The notes beneath the pieces are model-generated. The model saw only the letters and a program-made list of their open reading frames with translations, did not search any database and was not told where the DNA came from. A stretch of DNA of 64,000 bases, from assembly GCF_964204645.1 (NCBI RefSeq), contig NC_134030.1, positions 913,355 through 977,354 of the forward strand. The letters run 5' to 3'. This DNA is from Tubulanus polymorphus. Its lineage: Eukaryota > Animalia > Nemertea. A program made the translations under genes and the position numbers. Numbering within the stretch: the first letter of the stretch is position 1; every line of letters begins with the position of its first letter. Below are positions 1 to 31,190 of this stretch, one piece after another.

Positions 1-87
1 ATCGTTGAGCAAATGAAACTGGTAAACATTGGGTGAAACTGTAGAGTATATATTTAGATTGCTGATGAGGAGTTTGTATATATGTTT

Positions 88-219
88 TCTGTAGATTGTA
101 GTTAAATGGAAGTTCAATCAGGGAATCCATGCACATAGAATCCTTACCAAACTTCTGTAGATTGTAGTTAAATGGAGGTTCAATCAAGGAATCCATACAC
201 AGAGAATCCTTACCAAACT
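88..219. repeat. Direct duplication, 2 x ~66 bp
   Basis: tctgtagattgtagttaaatggaagttcaatc...gaatccttaccaaact occurs twice. Confidence 0.85.
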
Positions 220-554
220 TAACTAAACTCACATTTATTGCGCTAGCGGTGCCTCATATACCCTCCATATATTCTAAAATGCTTTACTCTCACACCTATT
301 GATAAGTCTTCATATTCTATTATTCATACTCTTAATATTTGTTTATTTTGTTTCTGTGGGCTTATTATGTGCATATTTCTTCTGTGGATAGCTTTTTTTT
401 GATACATTATAATACCTGATGAGACTGAAGTGCTCTTTGACTCTGGCGAAATCAACAGTGCTGTACAAGTTGTAGAAATATATTATTTTCAGGGATGAAT
501 TTTGTTATATTGATGGCTTGAATGAAAGGATTTATTTGTTTTTTGTTTTAATAG

Positions 555-1964
555 GAGCAGCGTTTGCTAACGGTATTACCGGTGGACTCAGTACGTCTAT
601 AGCAGTATTCTGTCATGAGCTTCCACACGAATTAGGTTCGTATACATCCCCTCCTCGCCTCCTCGCAACCCCCTGAGTTCACACGGGCTGCTGTTGTCCG
701 TCTAGAAAACTACCTGACGTTGATAAAATACTCTTAACCGCTGTCAAAAGTTACTGCTATGTTAAAAGAACTACTTCATATTGCGAAGTAGAATTTTCAC
801 ATTATCTAATCATACAGCGGATAAAGCACTTAATTATTTTCTGTTCAGCCACTCAAACTGAAACCTGTAATTCTCATGCGCGGACTATGTTATATATAAT
901 TTCAGGTGATTTCGCTGTTTTATTGAACGCCGGAATGTCCGTAAAACAAGCTCTCGTTTATAACATTGTGTCTTCCGTATTGTGTTTCATCGGTATGATA
1001 ATAGGTGTCTCCATCGGTAACATCAGCACCGCTAGTTTGTGGATATTCGCGCTGGCTGGTGGAATGTTTTTATACATCGCGCTCGTTGATATGGTAAGCA
1101 CGATTACTGATGCTTCGAGTATTAGTTATCATTTCTAAAATATCCCATAACTTACCGGATAATAATGATAGAATAGAAAAGTTAGTTCAGCAGTTCTAGG
1201 TTATAATACATGTTTGTAACTACCGCACCAATGGAATGAACTACAGTACAAGTTCTTTATAAAACCAGCGCTGTTTGGACAAGTTTAAACAATGGTATTC
1301 TCCATTGAATTTGATTGGGGGTAAACCTGTTGTCTGAAATATGTCTACATTAAGAGTGAGGGGTGGCATTAAAAAGGATGTTATAATGAACTTTGACTGT
1401 AATTCTACCTTTAAAAGACAAACATAACTTATAACTGATTAGGACTCTCTCTCTCTCTCTTTCTCCTGTCCTCCTTTCTCTCCCATATCCTCTCTTTAAT
1501 CCTTCCTCTTCCCCTTCCTCTCTCATCTCTCTTCTTCCCCTCTCTTCTCGCCTCTCTCCCATATCCTCTCTAATCCTTCCTCATCCCCTTCCTCTCTCCC
1601 CTCTCTCCTCGCCTCTTTCTACTATCCTCTCTATCCCCCTTCCTCTCCTTTCCTCTAATCCTCTCCCTTTCTCCCTCTCTCCTCTCTCTCATAACTAATG
1701 AGTAGGATTCAGTTCCATAATTGAACTTTGAATAAATTTGAACTGTCACAGCGCTGTTAGTCTACAGGTTTTATACGGTAACTTTAACCATGTGTGTTTG
1801 TTTATTACTATTTACAGCTTCCAGAAATGGCTGCGGCGAGTGAGCACGAACAGCACGCGGTGGCGTTTCTCGTTTTACAGAATTTCGGAATATTTATAGG
1901 AGTAGGAATTATGTTATTGATAGCGATCTACGAAGACGATATTCGAGTGAATTTTGAATTATGA
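555..1964 (+). CDS. LIV-1 family ZIP zinc transporter (SLC39A6/10-like), paralog A; last three coding exons only (555-635, 906-1093, 1818-1964); 5' part lies outside the window
   Basis: GT-AG exons join in frame: [27 protein letters not shown]|[17 protein letters not shown]...YIALVDM|LPEM...[23 protein letters not shown]. Contains the LIV-1 HEXPHEXGD motif. Confidence 0.93.
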
Positions 1965-2626
1965 TAGTTTCAACTACGACTTCAACCAGGATCAAAACTA
2001 TTCTCACATAAAAAAGAACAAATAATTATAATCATGATCACTGAATTTTTAAAAATGTATGAGTTTTTTTTATTTTGGCCACAAAATTCAATTTGGACGT
2101 GGTTAACTGGTTAACTCCTGGTTAACTTTGTGAAGTGGTTAACTCTTAGGTGTGGTTAATTGGGTCAGTGCGTGATTAATTCAGGTGGTTAACTGGTCAA
2201 TGCGTGTTTAACACTTGAGGTGGTGTGAACTCCTGTCTTATAATGTGGCCTTTATATCCTTACATATTCATACATTTACTGAACTACAAAAACAATGTAT
2301 AAAAACAACAGTAGATATATATTTTATATACGATATAACATTATCCTCATCAATCAATACTTAGATCAATACTCCACCTGACATGTGTTACATGTACCTG
2401 TAACATGTACATTCTTGTGTATATGTATCTCTATATAATATCTCTCCTGAAGCAAGTAAGGAAGTTGTTGGTTGTGATATTAGCATTTACTGAGATCTAA
2501 CATCATTTAAATCCCGGTTCCTTTTCTATTTTTAAGTTATTTCTCGTTCGATTCGAGTTTTATTTGTAATTAACTGATTTTTCGGCTGGTGTCGAATTAA
2601 TTCCCGCTTGATTTTTTTTTTGTATT

Positions 2627-2774
2627 ACAGGGCCGATCTAAACACTTGTCCGATTGCCCAGGTCAAGTATATTATCGTAAGGGCAAGTAGGTTATTATTA
2701 TCACTTGTCCCCCGGGCTATTGCAATCTAATGTCGCCCGGGCAAGTGGCTCTTATTCCTTAGATCAGACCCTGT
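2627..2774. mobile_element. Small inverted-repeat element (MITE-like)
   Basis: acagggccgatctaa ... ttagatcagaccctgt, with internal cacttgtcc/gggcaagt palindromes. Confidence 0.5.
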
Positions 2775-3029
2775 GTTATGTTCAAAAAGGGTAAAAATAT
2801 TACGTTCAAACTATTAAAGTGATGATTTTCTCATTGACAAGATCCGAATGGCGACTTTCATATATCAGACTGAATTGGAAATACAAATTTGGACTGAAAG
2901 ATTTGAGTCAACTTCAGTAGTCTTATCCAAATGATGACTTTAACAAGTTTGACTATAATAATGGCTTATTAGTTTAATTCCAGGAGATGAAATCTAAATG
3001 CGTGTGTCAAAATTACTCCATAATGCTGA

Positions 3030-3196
3030 GGGATCATTGATTTATTACGTACGCATTAAGGGAGGGGGAGGGGTCAGTGCAATTGTGTACTGTTACACTT
3101 AATTTATATGAAAAAATGGCCGATTTTGCGTACAGAGGGGGTGGGGGGGTTGAAAAATTTGAAATTTTATGCGTACGTAATAAATGAATGATTCCT
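3030..3196. mobile_element. MITE family A (~130-170 bp)
   Basis: TIR GGGATCATTGATTTATTACGTACGCAT ... ATGCGTACGTAATAAATGAATGATTCC; other copies at 55197-55325 and 59777-60069. Confidence 0.75.
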
Positions 3197-4262
3197 TTGA
3201 TTTGGAGAGGGAGGGGGAAGAAAGGTTGGCAATCGGTATGAATTTAGGCTAAAAAGAAATGATACCTTGTTTCCGCTAATCGGTCGGGTCGTTTTGTAAA
3301 CTGCAATAACATTTGTAATCAGTTCATTTTCTATATCTGCGGGATCTGTTGTTGTTAGCTTGTTGATTAATTATTTAAGTAATGTACAGGATAGATAGGC
3401 GGCCGCGGTCGGGTCAACTTTTAAACTCAGCAGAAACGAGAAACAAGTTATCAATTTTTTTTAGAGTATGTATCTGTATGGCCCCTGAATATTATAGATC
3501 TGAAGCTTCATTTATCTTTTATTCCTTCATTTATGTTTGTGTATAATATGCTGTAGTGGCATTTAAAATCTCAAACCCGATAGATCGTTAAACATTCCTA
3601 GTCCAGGAGTTGCTGCCATCTGGTGGTAAATTATGGAACTACCGAACCCCGTATCTCAAATCAACTATGAAACTATTTAATGAATAATTATTATTCGAAA
3701 CGATATTTGTTTTTTGAGCTTTTGTTTGTTTGTTTGTTTGTTGTTTTTTTTAAATATTTTTTGTACAGAACTGTTTACAACTAAAAACTGAAAACATTGG
3801 CAAGCTGTATAACTGTATAAGGTACATTTAAAACGCTTCCCGGGTCCGTGTAGGATGTTCGCTCAGCTCACACTAAACGTTCCCTGTTGGTTTGAAATAT
3901 TCAAATGTGTTTGAAATATCAAATGATCAAACATATTTTACCGGTACTTATAAAAATATATAGAAATAGATAGAAACTACGGACGTGTTTACACCGAGTG
4001 ATGATGATTATATCAGGATTTATAAAAGTGATTTTCTCAGGAACAATACCACCATCTTTCTTAAGTGTCTTGAGACAGAGCAGTTCAGTAGGGAGCGCTC
4101 TAAAGGGTAGGGGTAGGGTTTGTATCCTATCGGTGTAAACTGTACAAATGATTACCTCAGTCCACCACTTGGTCGTTATCAAACTTTGTCAGTTTCCACT
4201 CTACACAAAAATAATTTTGTGTTTTCAAAATGCGAAATGTCAGTGGATGAAATCCCCTCCTA

Positions 4263-4676
4263 CTCTCAAACTCTTGAGATCTGATCCCCTCAGACTCCTG
4301 AGATCTGGAACCGGTCCCCCTCAGACTTCTGAGATCTGGAACCGGTTCCCCTCAAACTCTTGAGATCTGATCCCCTCAGACTCCTGAGATCTGGAACCGG
4401 TTCCCCTCAAATTCTTGAGATCTGATCCCCTCAGACTCCTGAGATCTGGAACCGGCCCCCCTCAGACCCCTGAGATCCGATCCCATCAGACTCGTGAGAT
4501 CACGACCCCTGGACCTCCTCGGACTCCTGAGATCTGGAACCGGTTCCCCTCAAACTCTTGAGATCTGATCCCCCTCAGACTCCTGAGATCTGGAACCGGC
4601 CCCCTCAGACTACTGAGATCCGATCCCATCAGACTCGTGAGATCACGACCCCTGGACCTCCTCGGACTCGTGAGAT
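4263..4676. repeat. Compound minisatellite of 23-31 bp subunits built on actc(c/t)tgagatc
   Basis: Recurring ctgagatctggaaccgg / gagatctgatcccctcag blocks with higher-order repetition. Confidence 0.85.
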
Positions 4677-5595
4677 TTATAAGGCTTGAACCTCCGTTTT
4701 TCTCGAGTGAGTTATTGATTGTGATATTGTATCTGTGAAATATTGTTTTAAATTTCGCCGGAAAAAAAAAACAAAGTTCAGATTTTGACGGAAAAATTAC
4801 GCGATTTTTGTTTCGCGCATTTTATCAACAAGTCGTAATCATTAATCGGATTCGATTGGAAAATTTTGAGAAAAGTTTTAACGATTGAATTATTTTTATC
4901 AGATTCGATTCCAAGTTCCGGTGTTGATGTAAATACTTACAAAACTCGTAGTAGAGATGATAATCAGGGGATTTCTTTTTATTATAATTAATCAATAAAT
5001 ACTTAATTCAAACTAATTGAATAATCAATATTATTGATATTGTGATAATTATTATTGTAAGTAAGAGCTGTACATGTGTAGAAGTAGTATTGTAATGCGT
5101 TGTATGTGATGACTGTAACTTGTCTCAGTTAATTATTATTATTATTAATATTATTATTATTAATATTATTATTATTAATATTATTATTAAGTATCATACA
5201 GTGATATATTATATGATATTCTGGAGGAATAAAACAAGATTTTCATAAACGTAGATATAAAGAAATAAGTGCATTTTGTTCTCTTTCCTTCTCGGTGCTG
5301 CTGTTGCAGATAGGACTCGGGCTAAATGGATCGCACTCTTTTCCCGAAATCTTCACCAAAAATCGCCTCATTGTTGGTTGAAACCTGATGGTGTTAAAAC
5401 GAGAAAGAAATCCCACAATAAATTCAGCCAAAAATGAAAAGTTCTTTAGTAAAATGATTATATTCCAAGCAACGTTTCGGCTAAATGCTATTATTAGCCA
5501 TTATCAGGCGTACTGATTGACTTATACCAACCTTCCCATTTCTGACTCATTAAACAAAAGCTGCAGACAGGTTACTCATGGTTCCTAGGTCTAGA

Positions 5596-5783
5596 AACAC
5601 CTTCAGTGATGGACACAGGGGTTCCGGATACCCACCCTCCCAAACACCTTCAGTGATGGATACCGGGGTTCCGGATACCCACCCTCCCAAACACCTTCAG
5701 TGATGGATACCGGGGTTCCGGATACCCACCCTCCCAAACACCTTCAGTGATGGATACCGGGGTTCCGGATACCCGCCCTCCCA
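5596..5783. repeat. 47-bp tandem repeat x4
   Basis: aaacaccttcagtgatggataccggggttccggatacccaccctccc. Confidence 0.9.
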
Positions 5784-6443
5784 ATTGAGGTTGCCCTATT
5801 TTCGATAAGAGAGAATTGGTTTAAACCTATAAATTTTACATTCATTTTCTCGGAAATTGCCTTTTTTCCAGTAGATTTCCTCAAAATATCTCACCCCTGA
5901 TGGTGGAATCCGACTTGAGATATGCCCTTTCATTCCCAAGCAGCCATCCAATCTTCCCAGATTCCACCCCTTCCGTGTCACTTATTTCCAAAAACTACGG
6001 TGGATGATCTTAGGGAAAATAAGGGAATGAGTGCCCCTTTTATTTATTGGATTTGTTAGGTCACCTTTCAAACCACACCAGCCACACCTACCGAGGACGA
6101 GACAGGGTGTTAGTAGATTCGGATGAAGGTGGATGTGAGTGGATTTAAACTAGTTTATAGTGGATGTAAGTGGATATAAACCTTTGACTATTACTGTGTA
6201 TATCTTAGCTATAGTACACGTGTAACGGTGCAGTGGGAGTGAACGCCGTTATCGGGAACAGCCTGAATTGTTACGGGAAGCATTGGAAGACGCACTGCTC
6301 GCTCGCAGTTCGCTCGATTCACGACGGATTTAACCTCATATTTTCATCCGATACCCGACATAAGTTCGCATACAGCTGACCAGTAGCAGGGACCGCTGTA
6401 CTGACCGATACAGGAGTCTATCGTGAGTTTCTGAAAGGCGGTA

Positions 6444-6455
6444 GACCAGGTAAGT
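6444..6455 (+). promoter_or_regulatory. Candidate donor site (CAG|GTAAGT) of a non-coding first exon of ZIP paralog B
   Basis: Perfect donor consensus at 6449/6450 after a locally GC/CpG-richer stretch (~6220-6450). The first coding exon has an acceptor at 11655, 16 nt before the ATG, so an upstream exon is implied. Confidence 0.4.
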
Positions 6456-7371
6456 TGAATTTGGTGTTTCACCTCACAAGTGTAATGTGAATCACACGCA
6501 CTACACACTAGCTGTCTATGTCTATGTACACTGTTTCTATGCGTACAATATGAGAAACTCTACACGCATTTTACTAATCGTTTCGATATTTAGGTCATCG
6601 TTTAAATAAATACCGAATACTTTACCCTGCCTCACCGGGTGTTTTAGAGTTCACATTTTATACCTGGTTTCTAACAGTTGAACTTCAAATATTTTTTCAA
6701 CATCAGACATAAGTTAATCCTTTGATTTGAATAATTATCCGGATTAGGGCTAGTTGCTGGTCTAAAATCTTAAACGCTATCATACCGGCATGTAGGGGCT
6801 TCAATTGCTCAGCTATGAATGATTCAAGTCAGGAATGAATCTTTTGTGGCAACTTTCTCCAGAAAGTTTTTAAAAATTACAAACATAAAGGGTTGTAAAT
6901 CAGTTTGATTTTTCATGAACAGTCCCTTTGTAATGTGATATGTTCAGGTGTTTATTGAGAATATCTTTTCGTGTGAATATAAAGGAATGGTTTTAGTTGG
7001 AACTCGTTGTGGTCAGACACACTACATACAGCATAGTGAACTCATTCAGTAGGCCTACACTGCATAGATTATATACATCGCAGGTTTTTGTAAAGACGAC
7101 CCAAGACATAGTTTATAATCTGTCTAATGTCTATAATAAAGACATAGTTTATAATCTTATTCATTCTAAATGTGTCAAAAGTTTTGAATAAACAGGATAT
7201 GTTTAATTATCGACTAGGCGTATGATACTAAGGGCTGTCAGTTCTATTGAAAAATTAGATGCATTTAGGTTGAAATTAGCAATGAAAATTTGTTCAAAAC
7301 TTCACCGTTTTATAAACAAAAGTTTTAGGGAGAATATTCTAAGGTCATCACTCCCCCTGGATCTGCCATTG

Positions 7372-7717
7372 TTACTAAAGTCATCTCTATTTTTTAGTCC
7401 CAATCTATATTTCTTAACTAAGTGTAAGCCATTATTTGGATAAGTTGTCACATTACTGAAGTCATCTCTATTTTTGAGTCTCAATTTGTGTTTCTAATTC
7501 AATTTACTAAGTGTGTAAGTCATCATTTGGATAAGTCGTCACATTACTGAAGTCATCTCTATTTTTGAGTCTCAATTTGTATTTCTAATTCAATTTACTA
7601 AGTGTGTAAGTCATCATTTGGATAAGTCGTCACATTTCTGAAGTCATCTCTATTTTTGAGTCTCAATTTGTATTTCTAATTCAATTTACTAAGTGTAAGT
7701 CATCATTTAGATAAGTT
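7372..7717. repeat. ~90-bp tandem repeat x ~4
   Basis: actgaagtcatctctatttttgagtctcaatttg...catttggataagt. Confidence 0.85.
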
Positions 7718-9948
7718 TCACTGTAGTTCTTGTTTTTGTAAAGACAAGGAGAGACAATGATTTGAGTAAATGATTTCTTTCAAGAACTCAAGAGTTCCCT
7801 GAATGACAGTATTCATTGGTAAAACGTATATAATCAAACAATAGTTCTCGTGAAAGTAAATTCTAGATTTTAGGTCAAAAAGCAGCAATTGAGATTTGAT
7901 AATGGGGAGAGGGGTCGACTTCACTTTGAATTGAACAAATATAATTAACCCAGATAATACAAGTACGTATTATCAATAACTGTTCTTTGATTCTTTAAAG
8001 CTTATCTCTGTTACTTATCAAATAGATCTTATCCTATATATTTTGTGTGTGCGTGAATTTTTTTTCCAAAAAATCAGTTTTCAGTTGTAAACAAACTCTG
8101 GAATATATAGTAAGTGAATAGAATAAAATTGGCTTAGTTTCAAATGTCATTTGCGTAGTTATGTTATGGCTCAGGTTTAGAACATTTAAGTTCTTGTCAA
8201 TCTCACAACATAAGACCAGTCTTAAGATTTACCGTAAGACCACTATCGGACTTTGTAAGTCACGACTGTCCAGTTGTTATTTCAAGTATTGTCTAACTCA
8301 TATCTCAAGAAGTGAACAGTAATTTTTGATAATATGTGATGGTTGTTAGGTTACAGAATTTCACTTAATTTGGCACAGTCTCAAAAGTTGTTATATCAAA
8401 TTACCCGGTATTGTCAATGACTATGACATGTCTAAATTCAGATCAAAAGGGAATTAATTTAGGACACGGTATGATGATCACCGGCCGTGATTGAACCACC
8501 AGGTCCCAGACTCCCAGTTGCCAGGTCTGCACCTACTTCAGGGACCGTAAAGAAAAAATTGAAAAATTGATATTAATTTCATATGGAATAAGTCATTCTG
8601 TCTGAAATGCTGCCTGTATTATTAGACATGGCATCATTCTCTTGTTTCAATCGATAAAAGGAGAATCTTATTTACGCTGACTGTGGCATGTGAGTAGTCC
8701 GTACACCTGGGAAGAGATCAGTCTCTTATTCTCGCTCGCTATCTTGTCCAGGTCGCCATGGAAACTGGTATTAACTCTCGCGGATCTGTCGTTGTCGACG
8801 GCGACGCAGTGAGAGAGCAGACGTATGAAGGTGTTGAAGATGAGTTGAGGAGGAAACTGAGGCAGACGGCAACGCGGGGGGGGGGGGGAGGCTGCTGTTT
8901 AACCTGGCTGGATCAGAGACAGGTTCCATAATCGAGACCTAATTCTGAAATTGGTCTTAAATCTTTAGATTGTGTTAGACTTGTCTTTATTGTAAGCCAT
9001 GTCTATAGAATCGAACGGAGGACTTAGATTTAAGTCTAACTTCACTTGATCGACAGTCATTCGGAACAGTTATATGTTTTAAGGTGATTCAGAGACTAAG
9101 TCTGAGTCCTGGGCCCGGTTGCACAATCTTAAATCTTGAGACTGGTCTTAAGATTGGCTATAGAACTAAGTTGGTTTTAGACTGGTCTTAAATCTAAGCC
9201 ATAACTATGCAACCAGCCCCTGGGGCAGTTTGGCCGGTTTCATAGTCATGACTCAAGTCAAAAAGTGGTCTTGTTAGATCGGTTTTAGACTAGTCTTAAA
9301 TGGAAGCTCTGCGTAGTGCAAGTTTTCCTATGAATGCATACCGTAATGTTTCTATTGACAAAGTTGATGAGGATTTCCACCGGTCTTATATCATATCACT
9401 CTCTAAATACCGGTAATTGTTTTTAGTGAGAAGGCGGAAAGCAAATAAAATGTTTAAAAATAAAAACAAACAGACTATTGAATGAAGTGTCGAATATGTT
9501 GAATTAATCATGTTTTTTTTACCGGAGCTGTCCTATTTTTATTATCACCGCACAAAAAAACTGATTCCAGGTACTAGATTTTTCAGGTAAAATTTGCTAC
9601 AACGCGTGGTTTTGTTTGTACCGGTAGTCGTCGATGTCACGTGTGAATTAGAAACCAGTTATACACACGCACATATAGACCTAATGATTACTGAATAATG
9701 AATAGGTTTTAAAACGAAATGTATTTCTATTAGAATTCAATTGAACAACGTTGAACCTAAATTGAAGGAAATAAAGATATGATGTATTAATGATTGAAAC
9801 ATGTCTTATATTAAAAACGGCATGTCGGGACGTATGCACGGGTGGTACGTACGGGACGTATGGACGGGTGGTACGTCAGGGACGTACACTCTGGTTTATA
9901 CAGCCATGCTATAAACTTAGGGAAATATTTAATTAAACTGTTAAACAT

Positions 9949-10094
9949 TTGATGAAACACTCCCTGAGTCTGTTGTGTAACGATGATATAAAATCCCTGC
10001 ACACTAAGAAGTAAATAAGAGTCTGAAATGTTTCCTTTGAGCTTGTGTCATTTATTCAACGTTTTCACTATATCCTACATCTTCAGAAATACTG
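9949..10094 (-). mobile_element. Degenerate single copy of the hammerhead-containing repeat
   Basis: tgatgaaacac...atataaaatccctgcacactaagaa...ttgagc...tttattcaacgttttcactatatcctacatcttcagaaatactg matches 47437-47585. Confidence 0.65.
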
Positions 10095-11617
10095 TAATAA
10101 TAAAAAAACTATTATCCGTTTAAACAAAGAGATTTTATGAAGATGTGATTCAAACTAGGAGGTAATATGCATGATTAAACTTATCATATCTAACATCAGT
10201 CGCTCGGTTGTAGATATATATCTCTATTATTTGTTAACACAGTATTTGGTTGTGCTTAGTAGATTCTAAATAGAACAGGGGTTCCCAGGAGTCCGGTGAC
10301 TCTCAAAGCTGAAACTTTGTGGTTTAGAGTCTTTATATTTATGCAAGCAAGAGAGTCTATGAGTTAATAACATTTCGAAGGAAAAAGGACAAGCACCTTC
10401 CGTATAAAGGCACCCTATCCCACACCTCGCCCCTCCCCTTACTATTGTAAGACAGTTAACCGACTTTAAAGAATGAAATTGGTTTAGTTTGGTCGCAATA
10501 TTCAAATAACAGTCGTATGTGACTGTGCAAAAACCTGTCAAACGGTAAATAATCAAATTTCCTAGAATCGAATTCATATCAGACACTGAAACAGATAGCA
10601 GATAAGAATATCTTGTAATTGACTTATTATTTCGATAAAGTAAAGAAGATTTCGAGACTAAAAATGTGTGTTGAGGATTATTGTGGGTTTGGCAATTGTC
10701 CACGCTGGTGCAGTGCTGCGTAATGTCTCATTCATTCAGCTCAGATCGGAACTATCCAGCGCCGAGTACTGACATACACAACACTCTCTCGGATTATTAT
10801 AGTTTACTCATTGATCATAACGCTTTATTCTGCTTAAAAGGTAAAATAATGATATGAAAATTTAAACTTTCTAAACAAATCTATTTTCATATTGATGATT
10901 TTCAGCAGATCATTGACTTGAGTCATGAGTAAATTGATCGCAATTTTTGTTTTAAATCTTTTCTCTATTTAATAAACATAAAGCGCAAAGATTATTACAC
11001 TTAAAATATTACGCTTTATAACAAAATGCTTCGTAACTTTTTTCATAAACTTTAAAGTTTTCAATGATTTCCATTTGTTTCGGTGAAGCAAGAAGGAATT
11101 TGTCAACACATTTAGATGATCGAGCTTAAAAATGTTGCGCTACATAAGAAAATGATTCATTACTTTTTTCATGTTAAGAGTTTTTGAAAAACGATATATC
11201 AAAGCAAGAAATCAACAGTATTTTGTATTTTGTAAATACGAATCACCCGGGCACCACCTTTGTTTTACAAACTATTTTCTTTACGCCTGTTTTGTGTTGG
11301 AGATTTTCAATTATTTCACTTTATTGATGTCTGAAATCTCAAAGAAATGTCAGGAGCTAAGATTTCAGTTGTGGGATTTTTATAAAGTTTTTTTAGTTTA
11401 CTTATATCAAGTGTCAAAGATTTTTATCGATTTCACTTAATTTGATAATAATAATAATAATAGTAATGAAAATAATTTATTATCTAAAAATCTCAAAGAA
11501 ATATTTCTGAAATGTAATGTTTTAGTTGCGAAAGCTTCGATCTCAAATCTCTTTACAAAATATGTATATATTTCCTAAAAAGGGAGTTCATCATGCACCT
11601 GTATTTAAACACACTCA

Positions 11618-11649
<32 letters not shown>

Positions 11650-11671
11650 TTTCAGTGATGATATCGCAACA

Positions 11672-28777
<17,106 letters not shown>

Positions 28778-29124
28778 CAATCGTATCCGTAACTATAACA
28801 ACAACTCAACAATCGCAGCAATGACAACGACTCCGCGTACCTCGCGTGTTACCGTAGTAACAATTTCCTTTTCGTATTCGGAGCTGGCGTGTTGCCAAAA
28901 ATAGTGCGAATTGCTCAACTTTTACCCAAAAAGAGAAGAAAAGAGTAGAGATAGGAGAGAGGAGAGAGAGGAGGAGAGAGAGGATTGTAAATTACTCGTC
29001 ATCCACACTCAGCAAGCATATCACACACTCACATACAACAAACAGAGTAAAATCAAAGAATCGATGAAAGATGTACATATCAAATATCGCATCATTCCTT
29101 AACGTTTACTGGAAATACAGAGAT

Positions 29125-29815
29125 ATCAGATACACATCATTGATATATCCCTATCGGATACACGTCATTGATATATCCCTATCAGATACACGTCATTGAT
29201 ATATCCCTATCGGATACACGTCATTGATATATCCCTATCAGATACACGTCATTGATATATCCCTATCGGATACACGTCATTGATATATCCCTATCGGATA
29301 CACGTCATTGATATATCCCTATCAGATACATGTCATTGATATATCCCTATCGGATACACATCATTGATATATCCCTATCGGATACACATCATTGATATAT
29401 CCCTATCGGATACACATCATTGATATATCCCTATCGGATACACATCATTGATATATCCCTATCAGATACACATCATTGATATATCCCTATCAGATACACA
29501 TCATTGATATATCCCTATCGGATACACGTCATTGATATATCCCTATCGGATACACATGATTGATATATCCCTATCAGATACACATCATTGATATATCCCT
29601 ATCAGATACACATGATTGATATATCCCTATCAGATACACATCATTGATATATCCCTATCAGATACACGTCATTGATATATCCCTATCAGATACACGTCAT
29701 TGATATATCCCTATCGGATACACGTCATTGATATATCCCTATCAGATACACGTCATTGATATATCCCTATCGGATACACGTCATTGATATATCCCTATCG
29801 GATACACGTCATTGA
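29125..29815. repeat. 29-bp minisatellite x ~24 downstream of the ZIP-B stop (probable 3' UTR)
   Basis: atc(a/g)gatacac(a/g)tcattgatatatccct. Confidence 0.95.
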
Positions 29816-30987
29816 AAGTTACTTCAAGATAGGATGGATGTGGCTGATAAACCGATGTATTCTTAGTGATTGAGGTAATAAATATTGATGATATCTCAAA
29901 GTTTATTCATCTGAAAGTTTAGAGATTTATGTAAATCTCATCTTCAGGGAAACAGTAAATATGTAACGGTTGTTATTCATTATAGCAAGGGATGTTGAGA
30001 TTCAATGATAGAACAAAAGATATCTGATTGTGAGATCTCATCGAGATATCTTTGATCTAAATCTCAGATCAGATATTCAGAAATACTATATGAGATATCA
30101 GAATTTATAATTGAATATTTGTGATATTTTTTTATGTTAAACTATTTTTCGTGGTCATCATATTGTCTTCCATTCTTTAAATGTATAAATGAATTAATTA
30201 ATTCCTGTTATTAATTCTTTATTCTTTTTGATTCTGATTATGAAAGTTTTATTATTAGTTTTTAGTCGATCGATTAATTTGAAATGATTTTGTCGTTATG
30301 ATTTGTAGAAAATCTATATCGGCAGGGATTCGAACTTGATGGTGTTGTGAGGCAGCCATGGCATGGAATGCGAGTGCATGTATGACTTAGCCTTTGCACC
30401 CGTGCAACTGGGACTAATCTCGCTGGTCTTCCTACTATGACAGTCTCAGAATTCCATCAGTTTCAAATCCCTGGCAAAGGAGGATGATATCGTGTTCGCT
30501 GCTACATCGCAGCGCCACCTAATTGGATTTCAAGGAACTATATTCATTGTACTCTCAAGTGCCACCTGCTGGGATTTCAATAAACCGTTGTATTTTATAG
30601 AATCTATCACTGGCTCATTACTGATTATAACGATTCTGCATTCAACATTTATTAATGGAAAGAGATTTGAGCGGGTGGGTGGAAGGTGATATTCCCCCTC
30701 ATTGGGTGAAATATCTCTTATCTGAAAATACCTAATGACTGATCAGAAGTGCTTTAAATGCCTTTCTTTCAATGTTTGTGAAATTGAATATCAATTCAGG
30801 TATCGAGAGAGATTGTATACTCATACTCAGATAGATACATTTAATTAGTTAATGCAATATTTTGTTTGTATAATGCAGATATTTCTTTAAATTCATGTAA
30901 CACTTGTTTATTTAACGTAACTGTGATAAGTGATGTATTCCGGTAATATCTTCTCTGTTCATGGACACATAATCAAAATATTTCAAA

Positions 30988-31190
30988 TGTAACAATCTTG
31001 GTTATGGTGTAACAACCTTGGTAATGGTGTAACAACCTTGGTTATGGCGTAACAACCTTGGTTATGATGTTACAATCTTGGTTACGGCGTAACAACTTTG
31101 GTTACTATGTTACAATCTTGGTTATAGTGTAACTATCTTGGTTACAGTGTAACAATCTTATGATGTAACAATCTTAGTTACAATGTAACA
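30988..31190. repeat. 20-bp degenerate tandem repeat x ~10
   Basis: tgtaacaa(c/t)cttggtta... Confidence 0.85.

Noticed and set aside
416-470. CTGATGAG...GGCGAAA possible hammerhead
   Set aside because: Helix II pairs poorly and helices I and III cannot be formed convincingly; at best an old relic.
6200-6600. MTF-1 metal-response elements at the putative ZIP-B promoter
   Set aside because: No TGCRCNC match seen by eye near the candidate first exon; the TGCACAC at ~9998 lies within a repeat.
10266-10703. 145-aa minus-strand ORF
   Set aside because: No recognisable motifs, non-ATG start, composition like non-coding DNA.
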